Of a stretch of DNA of 57,752 nt, positions 26,785 through 38,394 are shown in pieces. The stretch's first letter is position 1. Every line of letters begins with the position of its first letter. Under the pieces are notes generated by a model. The model did not search any database, had not been told where the DNA came from, and was given only the letters and a program-made list of their open reading frames with translations. The position numbers and the translations under genes were made by a program. The stretch comes from Candidatus Eiseniibacteriota bacterium (GTDB lineage: Bacteria > Eisenbacteria > RBG-16-71-46), in assembly GCA_044223005.1 (NCBI GenBank), contig JBGAML010000024.1:1-57752 (forward strand), given 5' to 3'.

Positions 26785-26812
26785 GGAACCCTTCCCGCGT
26801 TCCGTGCGTCTA
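26785..26812 (+). promoter_or_regulatory. ECF sigma (RpoE-like) promoter
   Basis: GGAACC-N16-CGTCTA preceded by an A-tract (AGAAAAAG). Confidence 0.65.
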
Positions 26813-26817
26813 GAGCG

Positions 26818-26930
26818 ATGAAAGCAGTGGGGGGCCCGTTCGATGAACCTCGCGTGCGGCCCGCGACTCTGAGAGCGACGCCCCCCGTTAACTTCGAAAC
26901 CCCGCTCGGCTTCGCCGGGCGGGGTTTTCG
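26818..26930 (+). ncRNA. Candidate structured small RNA (~110 nt), family not recognised
   Basis: Lies between an ECF-type promoter and an intrinsic terminator. Closing stem GGGGGGC/GCCCCCC encloses GTTC-gat-GAAC, TCGCG-tgcggcc-CGCGA and CTC-tga-GAG. No + strand gene follows. Confidence 0.6.
26895..26930. terminator. Bidirectional intrinsic terminator (sRNA on +, prsR operon on -)
   Basis: CGAAACCCCGCTCGGC-ttc-GCCGGGCGGGGTTTTCG. Confidence 0.85.
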
Positions 26931-26981
26931 CTTCCCGGGCGTGCGTCCGGGACCGGACGCTATCGGCGTCGCGCGCGAGCG

Positions 26982-28375
<1,394 letters not shown>

Positions 28376-28379
<4 letters not shown>

Positions 28380-30565
28380 GCCCCTTCCCCGTTGACGTCC
28401 TGCGCGACGGCGACTGCCGCCCCCGCGTCGAGCCCGGCGGGAACGCGCACGACGAAGGTCGTGCCCGCCCCGGGGCGCGTGCGCACGTCGATCCGGCCGC
28501 CGTGAGCCTCCACGATCGCCCGGCACTGCGCGAGCCCGATGCCGAGCCCGTTGGCCTTGGTGGTCGAGAACGCGCGGAAGAGCCGCGTGCGCACGAACTC
28601 GTCGGTCATGCCACGGCCGTCGTCCGAGACCACGATCTCCAGCATACCCGGAGCGCCCGCGTCGCGCCGAATCGCGGCCTCGAGCGCGATGCGCCCGGGC
28701 CCGGTCATCGCCTCGCGAGCGTTCGTGAGCAGGTTCACGACCACGCGCTGCAGGAGCCGGGCGTCCACGACGGCCTCCGCCCCGTCCTCGACGCGGACGT
28801 CGAGGCGCACGGCACCGTTCTCGCCCTCGTGCATGCCGCTGGCACCGACCGATTCGTGCACGAGCTCGCGGACGGAACTGGCCGCGAGCTGCGGCTGCAG
28901 CGTGCGCCCCAGCCCCGAAACCTGGTTCATGAGTTCGCGCAGCGAGCCCACCGTGCGTTCGACGACGGCCATCGCATCGCGCTGGAACTCGGGATTGCCC
29001 ATGTGCCGGCGCGCGTTCTCGACCACCAGCGAGAGCCCCGACACCTGGTTCTTGATGTCGTGCAGCACGAAGCTCGAGAGCCGGTGCAGCGACTCGAGCT
29101 GCCGCGCTTCGGAGTTGATCTCGCTCTGGCGCGAGAACCAGAGCGCGGCGGCGAGCTGGCGCGACATCGACGCGAGGAACTCCACGTCCTCGAGGGACCA
29201 GTCTTCGTCGATCCGCTTGGGCGAGACCCACAGCAGCCCGACGAGTTCGTCCCCGACCGCGAGCGGCGCGCAGACCGCCGCCCGGATCGCGTCCACGGTG
29301 GGCCGGCATTCGACGAGCAGCGGGATCAGGTCGAGGTCGTGCTCGAGGTCGTGACAGACCACGGGCAGTCCGCGCGCCGCGACATGGCGGACGAGCGGGT
29401 TGTCCGCCGCGATGCGCGGCTCGACGCCCGGGGGCCCCAGCAGGCGCTCGAAGTCGCCGCTCGCCGGATCGCGCAGGTGGATCGCGACCGCCGTCGCGTC
29501 GAAGACGCCGCACACCAGCGTCTCCACCTGCCTCGCCACGTCCTCGGGGCGGGCCGTGGGCGTGAGCGAACTCGTCACGCGCTCCCACTCGCGCCGGTAG
29601 TCGTAGCGGTTGGCGTAGAGGTTGCGGTCGATGATGCGCCGGATCGCCCGGCTGGTCGCCGGGCTCAGCATGAGCAGCAGCCCGCCGCCGCCGACGAAGG
29701 CGAGGAACGCCAGCGTGACACCGAGCTTCCACTCGGACGAGAGCGCGGGGATCAGGCGGCTGAGGACGGCCATCGTGAGCAGGAACGCGCCCGCGAGCGT
29801 CAGCGAGACCGAGGAGTAGTAGATGACCGGGCGTGCGACCGGGACGCTCAGGTCCGAGAGCCGCCGGCGCGCGAGCGCGAGCGCCGCGGCCGAACCGGCC
29901 CCGAACAGCACGGGCGCCGTCGCCACGAGCCACTCGACGCGCAAGCCGCCGTAGAGCAGGCCGCCGGAGAGCACGAGCAGCTGGGCGAGGATGGCGACGA
30001 GGATCGCGAGGAACAGCGGCCGGAGGCGCTTCTGCGCCGCCGCGGGCGCGGTGCGCAGCATGCTCTCGAGGTTCATGAGCACGGCCACCATCGCGACCAC
30101 GAGGTACATCAGGTAGATCTTGCCGAGCGGCCCGAACACCACGAACCCTTCGGGGCCCAGGCCCGCCACCGATCGCACGACGTAAGTCGTCCCCGCGGTC
30201 GACGCGAGCACGATGCAGCCGATCAGCGACAGCGCGAGGTAGGCGCCGGCGTTGCGGATGTGCTGGCGCGGCTCGGGGCGGCCGAGCACCACGCTCAGCG
30301 TGAGCCACAGCCACGAGACCAGCGCCGAGTTGCGCGCGAGGTAGGACGCCCACGTGCGGGCCGCCGGACCGCTCGTCGCGTGCACCATGCCGAGCGTGCC
30401 CGCCTCGAACGCGGCCAGCGAGAGAAACGCCGAGGAGAAGAGCAGCGTCGTCAGCCAGTGTCCGCGCCGGAGCAGCGCGAACAGCCCGATCGCCGTGAGC
30501 AGCAGTGCGCTCGCCGTGACCGCCGCCGCCTGGATCGCCCCTGCCGAAGCGCCCCAGAAGTCCAT
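28376..30565 (-). CDS. prsK: PEP-CTERM system sensor histidine kinase (PrsK-like)
   Basis: Multi-TM N-terminus, ANRYDYRREW, GAF domain, H-box SSFVLHDIKNQVSGLSLVVENARRHMGNPEFQRD, DDGRGMTDEFVRTRLFRAFSTTK..GLGIGL. Confidence 0.9.
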
Positions 30566-30584
30566 GCGCGAACCTCCTCGTCCG

Positions 30585-32108
30585 TCAGCGCCGCGAGGGC
30601 GCCGGGGCGGACGCGTCCGCCGCGGCCGCCGCTTCCCGTCGCACGGTCGCGCTGATCGCGCCCCGACGCAAGAGGGCCAGGATCGAATCCGCCCGTGGGG
30701 CACCGCCGGCACGGTGCCGCGCGAGTTCCGCCGCTCGCAGGGCACCCTCCTGGACCGCGGAATCCGCGGGGAAACGCGACCACAGCCCGAGCAGGGCCGA
30801 TTCGGCCGCGTCCAGCCGCCCGATCGAGAGCAGCAGGTCGGCACGCGCCCGCCCGGCCTCCCGCTGCACGACGGGATCGCGGTTCACGGCCAAAAGGTGC
30901 TCGAGGTTCGCGATCGCGGCCTCGCCGGCGATCCGGGCCAGTTCGAACTCGCCGCGCCCGAGGTGGTACTGGACGATGCGCGTCGCGCCCCGGAACGCGA
31001 GCGGATCGCTCGGGTAGCGCGCGGCCAGCGTGTGGTACTCGGCGTGCGCGAGTTCCCAGTCCCCGGACGCCTGCAGCACCGTGGCGCGGTGGAAGCGCAC
31101 GATCGGGCCCAGCAGGCCCGGATCGGACCAGCGCGCGAGGATCGCCTCGTCGCAGGCCACCGACGAGTCCGCGCGCCCGAGCGCCTCCCACGCGCGCGCC
31201 GCGCTCAGCATCGCCTGGCCGGCCACGCGCCGCGCGTCGCTCGCCCGCCACGCCCACGCGGCGTACGCGAACGTCGACTCGGGCGCGCCGGCATCGAGCG
31301 CGCGACCCGCGGCGACCTGCGCCCAGAGCGCCCGCTCGTCCGGCCGCAGGCCCGGGAGCGCGAGCCGCAGCGTCGCGAGGGCGCCAGCCGCGTCCCCCTG
31401 TTCGGCGCGCACGCGGCTCACGGCATCGGCGAGGTCCACGGCTTCGCGTCCGCGGGCGCGGCGGAACGCCGCGTCGAGGTGCTCGACCCCGCGCGCGAGC
31501 GCCGCGCGCGCCTCCGCGTCGCGGCCGCGTTCGCGCAGTTCGTGCGCGAGCCGCACCGGCGCGTCCAGCACGTCGGCCGGGAGCCCCGTGCGCCCGGGAT
31601 CCGCGAGCGGGTCCATCTCGGCGAGCGCCGCCCGCTCCGCGAGCGCCTCGTCGAACCGCCCGAGTCGCGTCAGCGCGCCGAAGCGCTCGACCCGTGCGGC
31701 GACCACCATGAGCGGCAGCGAGGCGTACTCCTGCTCGAAGCGCTCCCAGAGCGCCGCGGCCTCGGCGTCGCGGCCGCGCCGCACCTCGATCTGCGCGATC
31801 GCGTGCGCGGCGCGCGCGGAGGTCGCGGCCACGTCCCGCCCGGGCCCCGGCGGCGGCGCGGGCGACGCCCAGCGCGACGCCGGATAACGTTCCACGACCG
31901 TGCGGTATTTCTCCTCGGCGTCCTGCCACTCGTCGTCGCGCGCCTGCCGGCCCTTCGCCTCCACGTGCCGCTCGAACGCCTGCGCGTGGAAAAAGTCGCG
32001 ATCCGAGCACCAGCGCGCCCACAGCGCCTCGTCGCCGCAGCCGGCCGCGGCCAGCGCCATCCCCGCGAGCACGAGGCCCGCGCCGAACCGCCGCGCGATC
32101 CGGCTCAT
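30585..32108 (-). CDS. TPR-repeat lipoprotein (positional analogue of PrsT)
   Basis: Lipobox AAAG-C; helical A/R/E-rich repeats (YRTVVERYP, YHTLAARYPSDP, LWSRFPADS). ATGA overlap with the upstream gene. Confidence 0.75.
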   Translation of the reverse strand: MSRIARRFGAGLVLAGMALAAAGCGDEALWARWCSDRDFFHAQAFERHVEAKGRQARDDEWQDAEEKYRTVVERYPASRWASPAPPPGPGRDVAATSARAAHAIAQIEVRRGRDAEAAALWERFEQEYASLPLMVVAARVERFGALTRLGRFDEALAERAALAEMDPLADPGRTGLPADVLDAPVRLAHELRERGRDAEARAALARGVEHLDAAFRRARGREAVDLADAVSRVRAEQGDAAGALATLRLALPGLRPDERALWAQVAAGRALDAGAPESTFAYAAWAWRASDARRVAGQAMLSAARAWEALGRADSSVACDEAILARWSDPGLLGPIVRFHRATVLQASGDWELAHAEYHTLAARYPSDPLAFRGATRIVQYHLGRGEFELARIAGEAAIANLEHLLAVNRDPVVQREAGRARADLLLSIGRLDAAESALLGLWSRFPADSAVQEGALRAAELARHRAGGAPRADSILALLRRGAISATVRREAAAAADASAPAPSRR

Positions 32109-32947
32109 GCGTCCTCGCGCCGCGCGACGGCCGACAGCCACGCGAGCGTCGCGGCGCCGCTCGCCAGCACGCCCGCGAACGCCTGCACGCCCGCGCGCAG
32201 GAGCGCCGCGACCAGCGCCATCTCCGGCAGCGCCCGCCAGCGGCCGGCGGCCGCGAGCGGCTCGAGCCACATCACCGGCAGCATGGGAATCGCCAGCAGG
32301 ACGAGCGCGATCGCGGCAGGCACGAATCCCGTCCGCCACGTCATCGGCAGGCCGGTCAGCGCGCGCCACGGCCCACGGCCACCGAGCATCACGAGCGGCG
32401 CCGAGTAGAAGCACGCCGCCTGGGCGAGGGTGACGAGGAACGCGCCGGCCTGCGGCAGCGCGAGGCGCGCGAGCCCGGAGAGCCGCACGTGCGCCGCCTG
32501 CGCGATCCCCCACTGCACGCACAGGAGCACGAGCGTCGTGGGCAGCGCGGCCACGACCAGCGCCGGCGCACGGCGCAGCGCCTCGCGCAGCGCGGCGGCC
32601 GGATCGGGCCGGAGCCCCGAATAGAGCGACGCCCAGATCCGCGCCGCGGCCCCGGCGGCGATCGGCGCCACGAGCGCCGCGATCGGCACCGCCGCGCGCG
32701 CGGCCAGTTCGCCGAGGCGGTGGAAGAGCTGCGGATAGCGGAGCATCTCGTCGCCCCCCACCGCGCGCAGCGAATGCGCGAGCAGCGGCGAGAGCAGTGG
32801 GTGCGCCGCGTTGACGAGCGCGGCCAGCACGAGCAACTGCAGCGTGAACGGCAGCAGCCACGGAAGCCAGGCCACGGGCCGCCATGCTTCGCGCAGCGCG
32901 CGCGTCGTGCACAGGCCGCCGAGCGCGAGCTGCTCGAAGAAGTTCAC
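32105..32947 (-). CDS. Uncharacterised integral membrane protein (~6 TM)
   Basis: GTG start overlapping the epsI stop. Several hydrophobic segments. Coupled on both sides. Confidence 0.7.
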   Translation of the reverse strand: MNFFEQLALGGLCTTRALREAWRPVAWLPWLLPFTLQLLVLAALVNAAHPLLSPLLAHSLRAVGGDEMLRYPQLFHRLGELAARAAVPIAALVAPIAAGAAARIWASLYSGLRPDPAAALREALRRAPALVVAALPTTLVLLCVQWGIAQAAHVRLSGLARLALPQAGAFLVTLAQAACFYSAPLVMLGGRGPWRALTGLPMTWRTGFVPAAIALVLLAIPMLPVMWLEPLAAAGRWRALPEMALVAALLRAGVQAFAGVLASGAATLAWLSAVARREDA

Positions 32948-33600
32948 GGCTTCGCGGGTGCGGCCTGCGCCGCGCGGCTGGCCTGCGCGAACACGCCCGG
33001 CAGGGCGGTCGCGACGCGCGAGGAGAAGTCCCGGACCCGCGCTTCCGCCGCGGCGATGTCGCCGTCGGTGGCCACCGACTCGACGCGGATGAACGACCCC
33101 CACGAACGGTTGTCGAGCGCCCCGAGCAGCGCCATGCGGCGCCGGAACGACCCGGCGTCGCGGGTCGAGAGGCCGTCGGTCGAGTACCAGTACCAGACGA
33201 CGCGGCGGCGGCCCTTGCGCTCGGCGACGAACCGGCTCACGTCGATGCCCTTCGGGGTGCCGTCGTCGACGTGCGCCGTCGACTCGCGGCCGAGCACGAA
33301 ACCCTGCGACTCGTAGCACAGGTGCGGATCGTGCGAGCCGTAGCGCCGGTTCTGGTGATAGACGACGCAGAGCCAGACGATCTGGCCGCCCTGCTCGTAG
33401 CGCCGGAGCAGCAGGTCGTCGGCCTGGAGCTCGTCGGCGACGCCGTCGTCGAACGAGCGCTCGGTGCCGATCCAGGGCCCGAACGTCTCGGGCACGGACT
33501 TCAGCACGCCACGCCCGGCCGCGAGATTGGCGGGCGGATGCAGGCGCACGTACGCCGCGGTCAGGCCCAGCAGCAGCACGGCGATCACGAAGCGCTTCAT
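32944..33600 (-). CDS. epsI: EpsI-family exosortase-associated protein
   Basis: N-terminal TM, VPETFGPWIG, ELQADDLLLRRY, HDPHLCYESQG, VWYWY, FIRV. Directly after the exosortase. Confidence 0.88.
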   Translation of the reverse strand: MKRFVIAVLLLGLTAAYVRLHPPANLAAGRGVLKSVPETFGPWIGTERSFDDGVADELQADDLLLRRYEQGGQIVWLCVVYHQNRRYGSHDPHLCYESQGFVLGRESTAHVDDGTPKGIDVSRFVAERKGRRRVVWYWYSTDGLSTRDAGSFRRRMALLGALDNRSWGSFIRVESVATDGDIAAAEARVRDFSSRVATALPGVFAQASRAAQAAPAKP

Positions 33601-34472
33601 TCGCCGTCCTCGCGCGCCGACGCCGGGGTGAGCAGCGCGCGCAGCCCGACCAGCAGGCCCAGCGCGACCGCGTACATCACGTAACCGGTGACGTCGTGGA
33701 AGTGCCCGGTCGCCCAGTCGACGCTCATGCGGTCGGCGGCGACGAACAGCAGCAGCAGCCGCGCCATGTTGCCCAGCAGCGCGATCGGGACGGCGGCCAC
33801 GAGCACCGCCGCGCGCCGCCACGCGCCGCCGCGCTGGAAGTAGGCGAACAGCGTGCCGGTCGCGAGCAGCGCGAGCAGCGAGCGCAGGCCGCTGCAGGGG
33901 TTCTCGACCGTCAGTTCGCCGGTGCGGAAGTAGAGCTGCATGCCGTCGCGTTCCATGGTGACGCCGAGCAGCTTCGCCCCCACCGCGGCGCCGTTCACCG
34001 CGAGCTGCTTGAGCGCGAAGTTCAGCGTGTTCATCACCACCGGCGGGAACGTGAGCATGAACCCGAGGTAGCCGATCGGGAACGCCAGCATGTGGGTGAC
34101 GGGGCGGCCGAAGAACGCCAGCGACAGGCCGAACAGCATCGCGATCAACGACCAGCTCTGGAGCGCGAACAGGTCGGCGCGGATGCCCACGACCTGCATC
34201 AGGCAGCCGAGCGCCACCAGCCAGAGTCCGCGGCCGTCCGGCTGCACCGCCAGCGCCCGCAGCTTGTCGCGCCGCAGCCACACGAGCGCGAGCGACGTGA
34301 GCGGCACGAGTGGCCCGTGCGAGTAGTTGTCGTTCGTGGTCCACGTGGTCCAGAGCGCCATCGCCGGATTCGCGTAGATCGCGACCAGCAGGGCCCCCAG
34401 CGTCACCGCCTGCAGGACGCCGAATGCGCGCGTGTTCGCGCCCGGCGGCGCGGGAGGCGCCGACGCGCTCAC
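33597..34472 (-). CDS. Exosortase (EpsH family)
   Basis: W.TNDNYSHGPLVP, VENPCSGLRS (Cys), LLGNMARL (Arg), FHDVTG (His). Multi-TM. GTG 34472 overlaps the upstream stop. Confidence 0.93.
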   Translation of the reverse strand: MSASAPPAPPGANTRAFGVLQAVTLGALLVAIYANPAMALWTTWTTNDNYSHGPLVPLTSLALVWLRRDKLRALAVQPDGRGLWLVALGCLMQVVGIRADLFALQSWSLIAMLFGLSLAFFGRPVTHMLAFPIGYLGFMLTFPPVVMNTLNFALKQLAVNGAAVGAKLLGVTMERDGMQLYFRTGELTVENPCSGLRSLLALLATGTLFAYFQRGGAWRRAAVLVAAVPIALLGNMARLLLLFVAADRMSVDWATGHFHDVTGYVMYAVALGLLVGLRALLTPASAREDGE

Positions 34473-36280
34473 TTCACGCCCCGCATGCTGAAGAGCGTGA
34501 GCGCCGTGCGCACCATGATCTCGGTGTCGAACGCCGGCGACAGCCGGTCGAGGTATTCCCGGTCGTAACCCACCTTCTGCTCCATCGGGATCTCGTCGCG
34601 GCCGTTGATCTGCGCCCATCCGGTGAGCCCGGGCCGCAGCGCGTCCACCCCCGCGGCCTGCCGGAGCTCGACCAGATCGTACTGGTTGTACAACGCCGGG
34701 CGCGGTCCGACCAGCGTCATGTCTCCCACGAGGATGTTCCACAGCTGCGGCAGTTCGTCGAGGCTGGTCCGGCGGATGAACGCCCCGACGCGCGTGACCC
34801 GCACCTTGCCGGGTTCGACGAGGTGCGTCGCGAGATCGGGCGTGCCCACGGCCATGCTGCGGAACTTGAGCAGGACGAACTCGCGCGAACTCCGGCCGAT
34901 GCGGCGCTGGCGAAAGAGCGCCGGGCCGGGCGAGTCGAGCCGGATCGCGATCGCGACCGCGAGCAGCACCGGGGCGCCCACGACCAGCCCCAGCAGCGAG
35001 AGCACGATATCGAGCGCGCGCTTCACGAACGCGAACACGCCGGTGGGCCGCGCGGGGATCTCGCGCCCGTGGGTCTCGAGCCGCGCCTGCTCGAGGACCT
35101 CGACCAGGCGCCGGCCGAGCGCGCGGCGCGAATGTTCGCGCTCGACGAACGCCGGCCCCGCCGTGGCGAGCCGGGCCCGCAGCGCGGGGTCCTCGCGCAG
35201 GCGGCGCACCGCTCCCGCGATCGCGTCCCCGTTCTCGGGTTCGACCACGAGCCCGCCGCCGGATTCCTCGACGACGCGCGCGGCGTCGCCGCGGACGGCG
35301 GCGACCACGGGGCAGCCGCAGGCGAGGTAGTCGAACAGCTTGACCGGGATCGTCTCGCCCGCGAACACGCTCGCGCGCGTGGTCGCGACGCAGGCGTCGG
35401 ACTCGTGCAGTACGCGCACGAGCTGCTCGGGCGCGACGCTGGGCTCGAACGTGCAGTGCGTGAGCCCACGCTCGGCCGCGCGCTTCACCAGCGCGTCCTT
35501 GGCCACGCCGTCGCCCACGAAGCGGAAGCGCACCGGCTCGCCCCTCAGCGTTTCGGCAGCGTCGAGCAGCGCGTCCATGCCGTGCACGAGGCCGTGCGTA
35601 CCGGCGTAGGTCAGCGTGAACGGCTGCCCGGGTGCGCGCGCGGGCGGCGCTTGGGCAGGCCGGAAGAGCTCGGTGTCGGCGCCGTTGGGCAGGAACACCA
35701 GCCGGTGCGCCGGGAAGCCGCGGCCCGCGAGCTGGGCCTGCATGCCGGGGGTGACGACGAGGATGCGCGCGGCTCGCGACTGGAAGAAGCGCGCGCACGC
35801 GTCGAGCACCTTCGCCACCAGGCCCGGTCGCATCTCGCCGAGGGCGATCGCCGCGTGCGGCCAGTCGTCGCGGCAGTCGTTGACGAACGTCGCGCCGCGC
35901 AGCCGGGCCGCGAGCCACGCGGTCAGGCCGTGGAAGAGCGGCGGCGTCGTGGCCAGCACGACGTCGGGGCGCGGCCCGGCCAGCATCGCGGGCAGCGCGG
36001 CCAGCGCGAAGCTCAGGTGGTTCGCGAGCCGGGTGATCGGCGTCTTGCGCGGCGTCGCGTAGAGCCAGACGCGGTCGACGACGATGCCGTCGAGCGACTC
36101 GCGCCGCCGGCGCACGCCGCGGTACTCGGGCCGGATCTCGCCCGAGGGATGGTTCGGGAGCCCCGTGACCACGCGCACCTCGTGGCCCGCGCGCACCAGC
36201 GCCCGCGCGAAATGCAGGGCGCGCGCCGGGGCGGCGCCCGTCTCGGGCGGGAAATACTGGGTGACGAACAGCACGCGCAT
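34469..36280 (-). CDS. Fusion: GT4 (WbuB-like) glycosyltransferase + monotopic phosphoglycosyl transferase
   Basis: MRVLFVTQYFPPETGA...TGLPNHP...YAGTHGLVHG...PVKLFDYLACG, then KRALDI...FRQRRIG...KFRSM...RRTSLDELPQLWNILVGDMTLVGPRP...RPGLTGWAQINGR. Confidence 0.92.
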   Translation of the reverse strand: MRVLFVTQYFPPETGAAPARALHFARALVRAGHEVRVVTGLPNHPSGEIRPEYRGVRRRRESLDGIVVDRVWLYATPRKTPITRLANHLSFALAALPAMLAGPRPDVVLATTPPLFHGLTAWLAARLRGATFVNDCRDDWPHAAIALGEMRPGLVAKVLDACARFFQSRAARILVVTPGMQAQLAGRGFPAHRLVFLPNGADTELFRPAQAPPARAPGQPFTLTYAGTHGLVHGMDALLDAAETLRGEPVRFRFVGDGVAKDALVKRAAERGLTHCTFEPSVAPEQLVRVLHESDACVATTRASVFAGETIPVKLFDYLACGCPVVAAVRGDAARVVEESGGGLVVEPENGDAIAGAVRRLREDPALRARLATAGPAFVEREHSRRALGRRLVEVLEQARLETHGREIPARPTGVFAFVKRALDIVLSLLGLVVGAPVLLAVAIAIRLDSPGPALFRQRRIGRSSREFVLLKFRSMAVGTPDLATHLVEPGKVRVTRVGAFIRRTSLDELPQLWNILVGDMTLVGPRPALYNQYDLVELRQAAGVDALRPGLTGWAQINGRDEIPMEQKVGYDREYLDRLSPAFDTEIMVRTALTLFSMRGVK

Positions 36281-36307
36281 GCGCGGGGGTCTCCGGGGGA
36301 AACGGAA

Positions 36308-37186
36308 CTACGCGGACGTCGCGACGACGAGCTGGCGCCGGGCGACACCGTGTCCCAGCCGCCACTGCTGCTGCAGCGGCACCATGAACATCTGGTAGGC
36401 CGGCTCGGGCAGCGCGCCCAGGCCTCCCCAGTAGAGCTCGTGGTGCACCATCCGCAGGCCGTTCGACTCGAAGATCTCGCGGATCTCGGCGGGCGGGAAC
36501 GGGCGCTCGACCGCGTACGAATGACGCTCGCCGTCGGGCGCGACGTACTCCTGGTGCACGTTCTCGCCGCGCAGCTCGTTGAGCCGCGCGAGGTGCTCGG
36601 GGTGCGCGCCGTTGATGTCGCCGATCACGAGCACGCCGCCGCGCTTCAGGTGCTTGCGCACCTGCGCGAGGAACGCCTCGAGCGGGTCGATGTGCGAGAG
36701 GGCGTTGTAGACCCAGACGAGGTCGTAGTCGGCGTCCCATTCGCGCGTGAGGTCCGCGCGCACGTAGCGCACGGGCAGCGTCTCGCCCGTCGACTCGCGG
36801 TGGAACGCGAGCCGCTTCTCGGCGGCGTCCAGCCGGTCGGGCCGCAGGTCGGCGCCGACCACGTCGCCGCCGGCCGCGGCGTAGAGCATGGAGTAGGTCC
36901 CGAAGCCCGAGCCCGCGTCCATGATGCGCGGTCGCCCGCCGATCGCCCGGGCGCGGTCGCCGATCCAGCGCGCCGTCCAGCCGGCCTCGCTGCGCCAGAA
37001 GCCGCGCAGGTAGCGCCGGATCGCGGCCTCTTCACCCGGCTTCGGCAGCTTCTTGTAATAGTCGGCGAACGCCTCGCGCTCGCCCGCCGGCAGCCGCTCC
37101 TGCACCGGGCCGTATTCCTTCTCGATCGTCCAGCGCACGAAGCGCTCGAACGCCGCTCGGGCGTCCGCGGGTGCCGTTCCGCTCAT
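36308..37186 (-). CDS. Class I SAM-dependent methyltransferase
   Basis: RIMDAGSGFG, VVGADL, YDLVW...LSHI, HLKRGGVLVI. ATG 37186 after GAGAGG. Confidence 0.85.
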   Translation of the reverse strand: MSGTAPADARAAFERFVRWTIEKEYGPVQERLPAGEREAFADYYKKLPKPGEEAAIRRYLRGFWRSEAGWTARWIGDRARAIGGRPRIMDAGSGFGTYSMLYAAAGGDVVGADLRPDRLDAAEKRLAFHRESTGETLPVRYVRADLTREWDADYDLVWVYNALSHIDPLEAFLAQVRKHLKRGGVLVIGDINGAHPEHLARLNELRGENVHQEYVAPDGERHSYAVERPFPPAEIREIFESNGLRMVHHELYWGGLGALPEPAYQMFMVPLQQQWRLGHGVARRQLVVATSA

Positions 37187-37254
37187 GGAATCCCTCTCGT
37201 GATGGTGGACCACCCGCGCCCCGGGCGCGGGAACCGCACAACGGTTATCGGCCG

Positions 37255-38394
37255 TCAGGGCTTCACGGCTTTGCGCCGCCGCCCGAACATCCCCTGCCAC
37301 AGCACGGGAAGGTGCCTCGGGCGCACGCTGCCGAGCAACTTCACGATCCGGTCCCAGCGCCCCTGGCGAAGATACGTCCCCAGGCTCTGGAGCTCGTACT
37401 GGAGCAGACGCGGCGCGGCCTCGGCGGCGAACGCCTTCGCCGCGTCCCCCAGCCCGGCCGACAGCTCGCGCAGGCGCGCGGCCTGCGCGTCGGCCTCCGG
37501 GCCCGTGGGCACCGACGGAAAGCCGTCGTCGTCGAGCCGGGTCGGCGCGACTTCGACCCCGGCGCCCGCGTCGGCCGCGAGCACGGTGAACACGCCGCTC
37601 TCGAGCCGCGTCTCCGCCGCGACCTGGGCGTGGAAGTCGCCCGCGCGGCAGTTGAACACCGCGTCGCCGAGGCTGTAGAGCACCGTTGTGCGGCCACGGC
37701 GTTCGACGCCCTGCAGCACGTGCGGATGGTGCCCGAGCACCACGTCCGCGCCCGCGTCCGCGATCGCACGCGCGAGTTCGATCACGCGCGGCGGCGGGTA
37801 GTCCACGTACATCGAGCCCCAGTGCGCGCTCACCACGAGCAGGTCGGTCTCGGGCCGCCAGCGGGCGACGTCCGCGGCCACGAGCGCGGCGTCGAGGGGC
37901 GCGATGCCCGGCGTCGCGGGTCCCGCGGCGTCCTGGCTCGTCGCGCCGTAGGCGAGCACGCGCACGCGGTGGCCGCGCACTTCGAACGACGCGGGCACGC
38001 GCGCGGCGTCGAGCGTCTCGCCCGCGCCCACGGCGACGAGCCCCGCCGCGCGGCAGGCTTCGAGCGTGGCGCGGAGCCCACGCTCGCCGCAGTCCATCAT
38101 GTGGTTGTTGGCGAGCGAGACCACGCGCACGCCCGCGGCCGCGAGCCAGCGCGGCACGTCGTGGTCGTGGAAGAACTCGTCGGAGCGGCCCGGCTTCACC
38201 CACGCGCGCTCGCCGACCGGAAACTCGAGGTTGGCGAACGCGAGATCGGCTGCCGCGAATTGCGGCGCGAGCGCCGCGAACGCCGAAGCGCCGCCGTCGC
38301 GCGCGGCGCGCGTCCGGGCGGTGCCGACAAGCCCCACGTCGCCGATCGCGGCGAGCGAACAACGCACCTGGCCGGCCGGCTCAAGCAGCCGCAT
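37255..38394 (-). CDS. CapA / PGA_cap family metallophosphoesterase-fold protein
   Basis: AAIGDV, FANLEFP, SLANNHMMDCG, VSAHWG, GADVVLGHHPHVLQGVE, YSLGD. Confidence 0.9.
   Translation of the reverse strand: MRLLEPAGQVRCSLAAIGDVGLVGTARTRAARDGGASAFAALAPQFAAADLAFANLEFPVGERAWVKPGRSDEFFHDHDVPRWLAAAGVRVVSLANNHMMDCGERGLRATLEACRAAGLVAVGAGETLDAARVPASFEVRGHRVRVLAYGATSQDAAGPATPGIAPLDAALVAADVARWRPETDLLVVSAHWGSMYVDYPPPRVIELARAIADAGADVVLGHHPHVLQGVERRGRTTVLYSLGDAVFNCRAGDFHAQVAAETRLESGVFTVLAADAGAGVEVAPTRLDDDGFPSVPTGPEADAQAARLRELSAGLGDAAKAFAAEAAPRLLQYELQSLGTYLRQGRWDRIVKLLGSVRPRHLPVLWQGMFGRRRKAVKP

Noticed and set aside
26818..26930. TPP or ZTP riboswitch, hammerhead, 6S or SRP identity for the small RNA
   Set aside because: Only short fragments match (CTGAGA, GAGCGAC); the remaining cores and a downstream regulated gene are absent.
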